Source: Candidatus Heimdallarchaeum endolithica
Lineage (GTDB): Archaea > Asgardarchaeota > Heimdallarchaeia > Heimdallarchaeales > Heimdallarchaeaceae
Assembly: GCA_021513715.1 (NCBI GenBank)
Contig: CP084167.1
Location: 1,728,001-1,792,000, forward strand
Length of the DNA: 64,000 bases
Reading direction: 5' to 3'
Made by a program: the position numbers and the translations under genes. The notes below the pieces were generated by a model. The model searched no databases and was not told the DNA's origin. It was given only the letters and a program-made list of their open reading frames with translations. This document shows positions 60,145 to 64,000 of the stretch, piece after piece. Each line of letters begins with the position of its first letter. The stretch's first letter is position 1.

Positions 60145-61212
60145 TTACTCCTTATAACCCCATTTTTCTATCATATCAATCCATTCATTAGTTATTTTTT
60201 CTTTTTCTTCTGGAGGAATAGAATAACTTGCTGCTTTAAATTCTTTAATCGAATCAAGATATGAACTGATTATTGGTTTTACTTCGTTAAAATCTCCTAA
60301 AGATAATTTATCATAAATTCTTTTGAGATTCTCTAAAGGATTTGCAACTAGATCCTCATATTTAACTTCTACATAGTGCCCCTCTGGGAGATTTTGGATA
60401 TCTTCATATAACCTTTTATGCATTGTTTTGTAAGTTGATAAAATTAGTTCATCCAAGTCGTAAGTTCTTTTTTGAAATTCATAGTATTTAATATTATGTT
60501 TGTGTAATTTTCTTGTTGAATAGAATACATGATATGGATTTCTATAAATATGTACAAATTTTGCTTTTGGAAAAATTTCATGTAGGATTTTCACTTTTGC
60601 TGTATCAGATGGATTTTTCAGTACTAGTTGTTTTCCTCCTTTTGCCAAGGTTAACTTCTTTATCATGTACTCAAAGCTTTCCTTAAATTCCTTAATGACT
60701 TTTTTTTCAGCGTTTTCAAAGGTTAATGTTTTCATGTATTTATCTAAATGTCTTGGAAAGGCAATAGCTGCTAGAGGAGAGTGAAGACATAAACTCATTA
60801 TCGCAAATTCATGTTCATGTGGCATACGAGGAGACATTCGAACATTATCTGTTGGTCTCTTCTTAGGAGTAAAGGGAGCCATTAAATTGTGGATTAATTT
60901 ATTACTTCCGCATATTAGATGTGGAAAAGCTGTTTCTGCCATAGACATATATTCAAATTGTGGATCTAATGTTAATAATGTGTGAAGATGTGTTGTTCCA
61001 CTTCTCCAGTGGCCAATAACAAAAATAGGTTCCTTATCAACATTAATTTGTTTTATTTTTTTTCCAAAACGAATTTTCTCATACCAGCGGAGAGGTGCTG
61101 TAATTAATACAATAATTGTAATCCCAATGAATTTTGGGACATATTTCAACTTAATTCTGAATCTTATTTGCCATAAAAGTTTAAACCAAGTAATTGTGTT
61201 ACATCCAATAAT
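60145..61212 (-). CDS. PAPS-dependent sulfotransferase (Sulfotransfer_3-like)
   Basis: PIFVIGHWRSGTTHLH, LKNP, HIYRNPY..S, KYEDL. The frame stays open upstream of TTG 61149 to an ATT at 61212 placed after GGAGGT. Confidence 0.88.
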   Translation of the reverse strand: MIGCNTITWFKLLWQIRFRIKLKYVPKFIGITIIVLITAPLRWYEKIRFGKKIKQINVDKEPIFVIGHWRSGTTHLHTLLTLDPQFEYMSMAETAFPHLICGSNKLIHNLMAPFTPKKRPTDNVRMSPRMPHEHEFAIMSLCLHSPLAAIAFPRHLDKYMKTLTFENAEKKVIKEFKESFEYMIKKLTLAKGGKQLVLKNPSDTAKVKILHEIFPKAKFVHIYRNPYHVFYSTRKLHKHNIKYYEFQKRTYDLDELILSTYKTMHKRLYEDIQNLPEGHYVEVKYEDLVANPLENLKRIYDKLSLGDFNEVKPIISSYLDSIKEFKAASYSIPPEEKEKITNEWIDMIEKWGYKE

Positions 61213-61453
61213 GGTTATAACCTCCTCTATTTAGGAATAAAATGATATTTTTAAGTTTTAACATGAGGAACACAGGCTTTCTCAGCTCCCTTTCAGACAG
61301 TTCTTTCCGAGAGCAAGATTTGCGTACAAGAATTTTGTACAAAAATTAAGTTGATGTGCTATCACAAAGTCTAAGATAATTCAAAAGACACACATCATTA
61401 AAAATTATTTTTAAAAGAGAAAGATTTATGTTTTGTTTTGTTTCTTATTCGTA

Positions 61454-63067
61454 ATGAGAAGTGGAAGTAAATCTATTAGGGTTCCAATATATGGAAAAAG
61501 AGGAATGGTCGCGTCAAGCCAGCCTTTAGCTTCAGAGGCAGGGATGAGGATTTTGCAACAAGGAGGAAATGCTGCAGATGCAGCTGTTGCTGTTGCTGCA
61601 GCACTAAACGTTACTGAACCCACTTCTACTGGGATAGGCGGAGATTGTTTTTGTTTATATTGGGATAATAAAGAAAAAAAAGTTACAGGTATTAATGGAA
61701 GTGGAAGAGCACCTAGTAGCTTAACTTTAGAATTTTTACAAGAACAAGGAATAAAAAACAATTTACCTCCTTTTAGTGTTCATACTGTAACTGTCCCTGG
61801 TGCTGCAGCAGGATGGGTAGACACTGTTGAAAAATATGGGACAATGTCATTAAAAGAGATCTTAACTCCAGCTATAGAATTAGCTGAAAAAGGCTTTCCT
61901 GTTTCTCCAATCACTGCTTTTTTCTGGGATAAAGGAGTTAGACAACTAAAGAATGGACCAAATGCAGAAGAACTATTAATTAATGGGAGAGCTCCAAAAG
62001 AGGGTGAAATAATGAAAAACCCTACATTGGCGAATACATTCTGCGAATTAGCTGAACATGGAAAAGCAGGTTTTTACGAAGGTAGAATAGCTGAATCTAT
62101 TATCGAATTATTAGAATCTCTTGGAGGTGTAATGACTTTAGATGATCTAAAAAATCATAAAAGTACATTTGACAAACCCATTTCTGTGAATTATAGAGGA
62201 GTTGATATCTTTGAAATTCCCCCTAATGGACAAGGAATAACTGCTTTAATAGCTCTAAACATTCTTGAAGAGTTTGATATCACAGACATTCAACACTTAT
62301 CTTCAGAGTATTTTCATTTACTTATTGAAATAATGAGAATCGCTTTTGCAGATACAAGATGGTATGTTGCAGATCCTGATGTTGTTTTTATTCCAACTCT
62401 CGAACTTCTTTCTAAAGAATATGCCATAAAAAGAAAAATGCTGTTTAATCCTAATAAAGCTACAATAGACATTCAAAGAGGTTCTCCTTTTTCTAATTCT
62501 GATACTGTTTACTTCTGTGTTGTTGATGGAGAAGGAAATGCTTGCAGTTTTATTAACTCAAATTATATGGGTTTTGGAACAGGTCTTATTCCAAAAAAAT
62601 GTGGCTTCACTTTACAAAATAGAGGGGCTAATTTTTCTCTTGATCCAAATCATCCAAATGTATTGGCCCCTAACAAAAGGCCTTATCATACTATAATACC
62701 AGGAATGGCAGTGCAGAATGGAGAATTATATGCCCCATTCGGGGTAATGGGTGGTTTCATGCAACCTCAAGGGCATGTTCAAATATTGGTAAATATGATA
62801 GATTATGAACTGAATCCTCAACAGGCACTAGATACACCAAGATTTTGCATTAGAGACGGAACAAGTAAAGGAAAGGTGGCCTTAGAAGAGGGAATAGATG
62901 TAACAGTAATGAGCGAATTAGCGAGAATGGGTCATGAAATTGTTCCAATAACAGGATGGGCAAGAGCAGTTTTTGGGAGAGGACAAATAATTAGAAGAAA
63001 TCCTAAAACAGGAGTTCTTTGTGGAGGAACAGATCCACGAGCAGATGGTATCGTCATTGCATGGTAA
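61454..63067 (+). CDS. ggt: gamma-glutamyltransferase family protein
   Basis: GGNAADAA, GIGGD, VTVPG, PPNGQG, DTVY (nucleophilic T), PYHTIIP, GGFMQPQGH, DPRADG. Confidence 0.95.
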   Translation: MRSGSKSIRVPIYGKRGMVASSQPLASEAGMRILQQGGNAADAAVAVAAALNVTEPTSTGIGGDCFCLYWDNKEKKVTGINGSGRAPSSLTLEFLQEQGIKNNLPPFSVHTVTVPGAAAGWVDTVEKYGTMSLKEILTPAIELAEKGFPVSPITAFFWDKGVRQLKNGPNAEELLINGRAPKEGEIMKNPTLANTFCELAEHGKAGFYEGRIAESIIELLESLGGVMTLDDLKNHKSTFDKPISVNYRGVDIFEIPPNGQGITALIALNILEEFDITDIQHLSSEYFHLLIEIMRIAFADTRWYVADPDVVFIPTLELLSKEYAIKRKMLFNPNKATIDIQRGSPFSNSDTVYFCVVDGEGNACSFINSNYMGFGTGLIPKKCGFTLQNRGANFSLDPNHPNVLAPNKRPYHTIIPGMAVQNGELYAPFGVMGGFMQPQGHVQILVNMIDYELNPQQALDTPRFCIRDGTSKGKVALEEGIDVTVMSELARMGHEIVPITGWARAVFGRGQIIRRNPKTGVLCGGTDPRADGIVIAW

Positions 63068-63081
63068 GAGAAGGAATCAAT

Positions 63082-63999
63082 CTAATTTGAAAATACTAGA
63101 GATTTTACAACTACAGGAACAACCAAACCACCAGCTTTAGGTTTATCAACATCTATAAAATCTCCTTCTTCTACATCTATTTCATCAATTGAAACAATAT
63201 TTTGTTTGACAGCTGTTTCTCGCACCATCACATTTCCTACTGAATTTGCTATATCCTTCTCAAAAACTAGAATTATTGGCAACTCATTTTCTATTGTTTT
63301 TGGAATTGCTTTTTCTATTCCTTTTACAAAAGTAGTTAATCCAGCATAAGAACCACCTATTGCACCTTTAAAGAGCAAGGCCACAATATCCTGACCATCT
63401 ATTTTATCAAACAGTTTATAACTTTTAACTATAGCTTTTGAAATTGTTTCAACATCTAACCGTTTTCCATTTAACTTTGGCTCGATTACAGGAATATTAT
63501 GTAAAGGTAGAATAGTATTATCAGAAACGTGTGTTGTTACACCAGAAACTTTGAGAGTATATTGTCCTGCACCAATTACTGTCGCTCTAATGAGTTCTTT
63601 AGGGGTGTAAAGAGACAAACTATGCTTTTTTACTAGTTTCAAAATCTCGCTACCTAAATACTTACCAAGATCATTATAATCCCTTGTTGTCCTTTCATAA
63701 ATATATTCAGCTACACCCCCAGAAAATGAGTATTTATCAATTTTCTCTTCAAATGATAAAGGGTTAGTCATAAGTAATTTTTTTGCAAGATCTGATGAAT
63801 GTTTTTTGAAAAGTAGATCAAACAAACTTTCTGCAAGAAATTTAGCTATTTTTTGCTTAATTTCCTCTGAAATATAGACTCCATAATCAAACTTTATTCC
63901 TATTAATGGTTCAAGAAAACGAATGGGTTCTTCAATTCTTATAATTCTATTTTCAGAGTCGAAGGCCAACAGCCTCCCCCCAACATTAACACAAGAAGC
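63082..63999 (-). CDS. eutA: ethanolamine ammonia-lyase reactivating factor EutA (5'-truncated by the window edge)
   Basis: CVNVGGRLLAFD upstream of the track start, FSGGVAE, IRATVIGAG, SIDEI..GDFID, VPVVVKSLVF. Confidence 0.85.
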   Translation of the reverse strand, partial: ASCVNVGGRLLAFDSENRIIRIEEPIRFLEPLIGIKFDYGVYISEEIKQKIAKFLAESLFDLLFKKHSSDLAKKLLMTNPLSFEEKIDKYSFSGGVAEYIYERTTRDYNDLGKYLGSEILKLVKKHSLSLYTPKELIRATVIGAGQYTLKVSGVTTHVSDNTILPLHNIPVIEPKLNGKRLDVETISKAIVKSYKLFDKIDGQDIVALLFKGAIGGSYAGLTTFVKGIEKAIPKTIENELPIILVFEKDIANSVGNVMVRETAVKQNIVSIDEIDVEEGDFIDVDKPKAGGLVVPVVVKSLVFSN

Positions 64000-64000
64000 A

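Overview
AT-rich archaeal chromosome segment. An Asgard (Heimdallarchaeia-like) source is inferred from the archaeal informational genes, a bacterial/eukaryote-type ThrRS, and candidate eukaryotic-signature proteins (a 7TM-longin fusion and a B-box/coiled-coil/PH protein). Most of the window is housekeeping: thrS, leuS, tiaS, aIF5B, rpoN, rpsB, rpl7ae-rps28e-rpl24e-ndk, prefoldin beta, an hsp20-cdc48-Phr-like heat-shock operon with a clear operator, mvk-ipk, GGR, apgM, two unrelated proline dehydrogenase-type systems, an intron-containing initiator tRNA-Met and a non-canonical histone. There are three mobile elements: an IS5-type IS (16-bp TIR, 8-bp TSD), a compact IS481-type IS with a 16-bp TSD, and a transposase-less TnpB element. 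The TnpB nuclease has the Fanzor-like rearranged RuvC site and is followed by a structured omega-RNA, and the element sits in a palindromic site. The most striking unannotated item is a K-turn/box C/D-like RNA starting right after the tiaS stop. Its 12-nt spacer is complementary to the CAU anticodon loop, and the D+5 rule lands on C34, the base TiaS modifies. No CRISPR array or rRNA was seen. All product calls come from motif recognition by eye; no database search was run.
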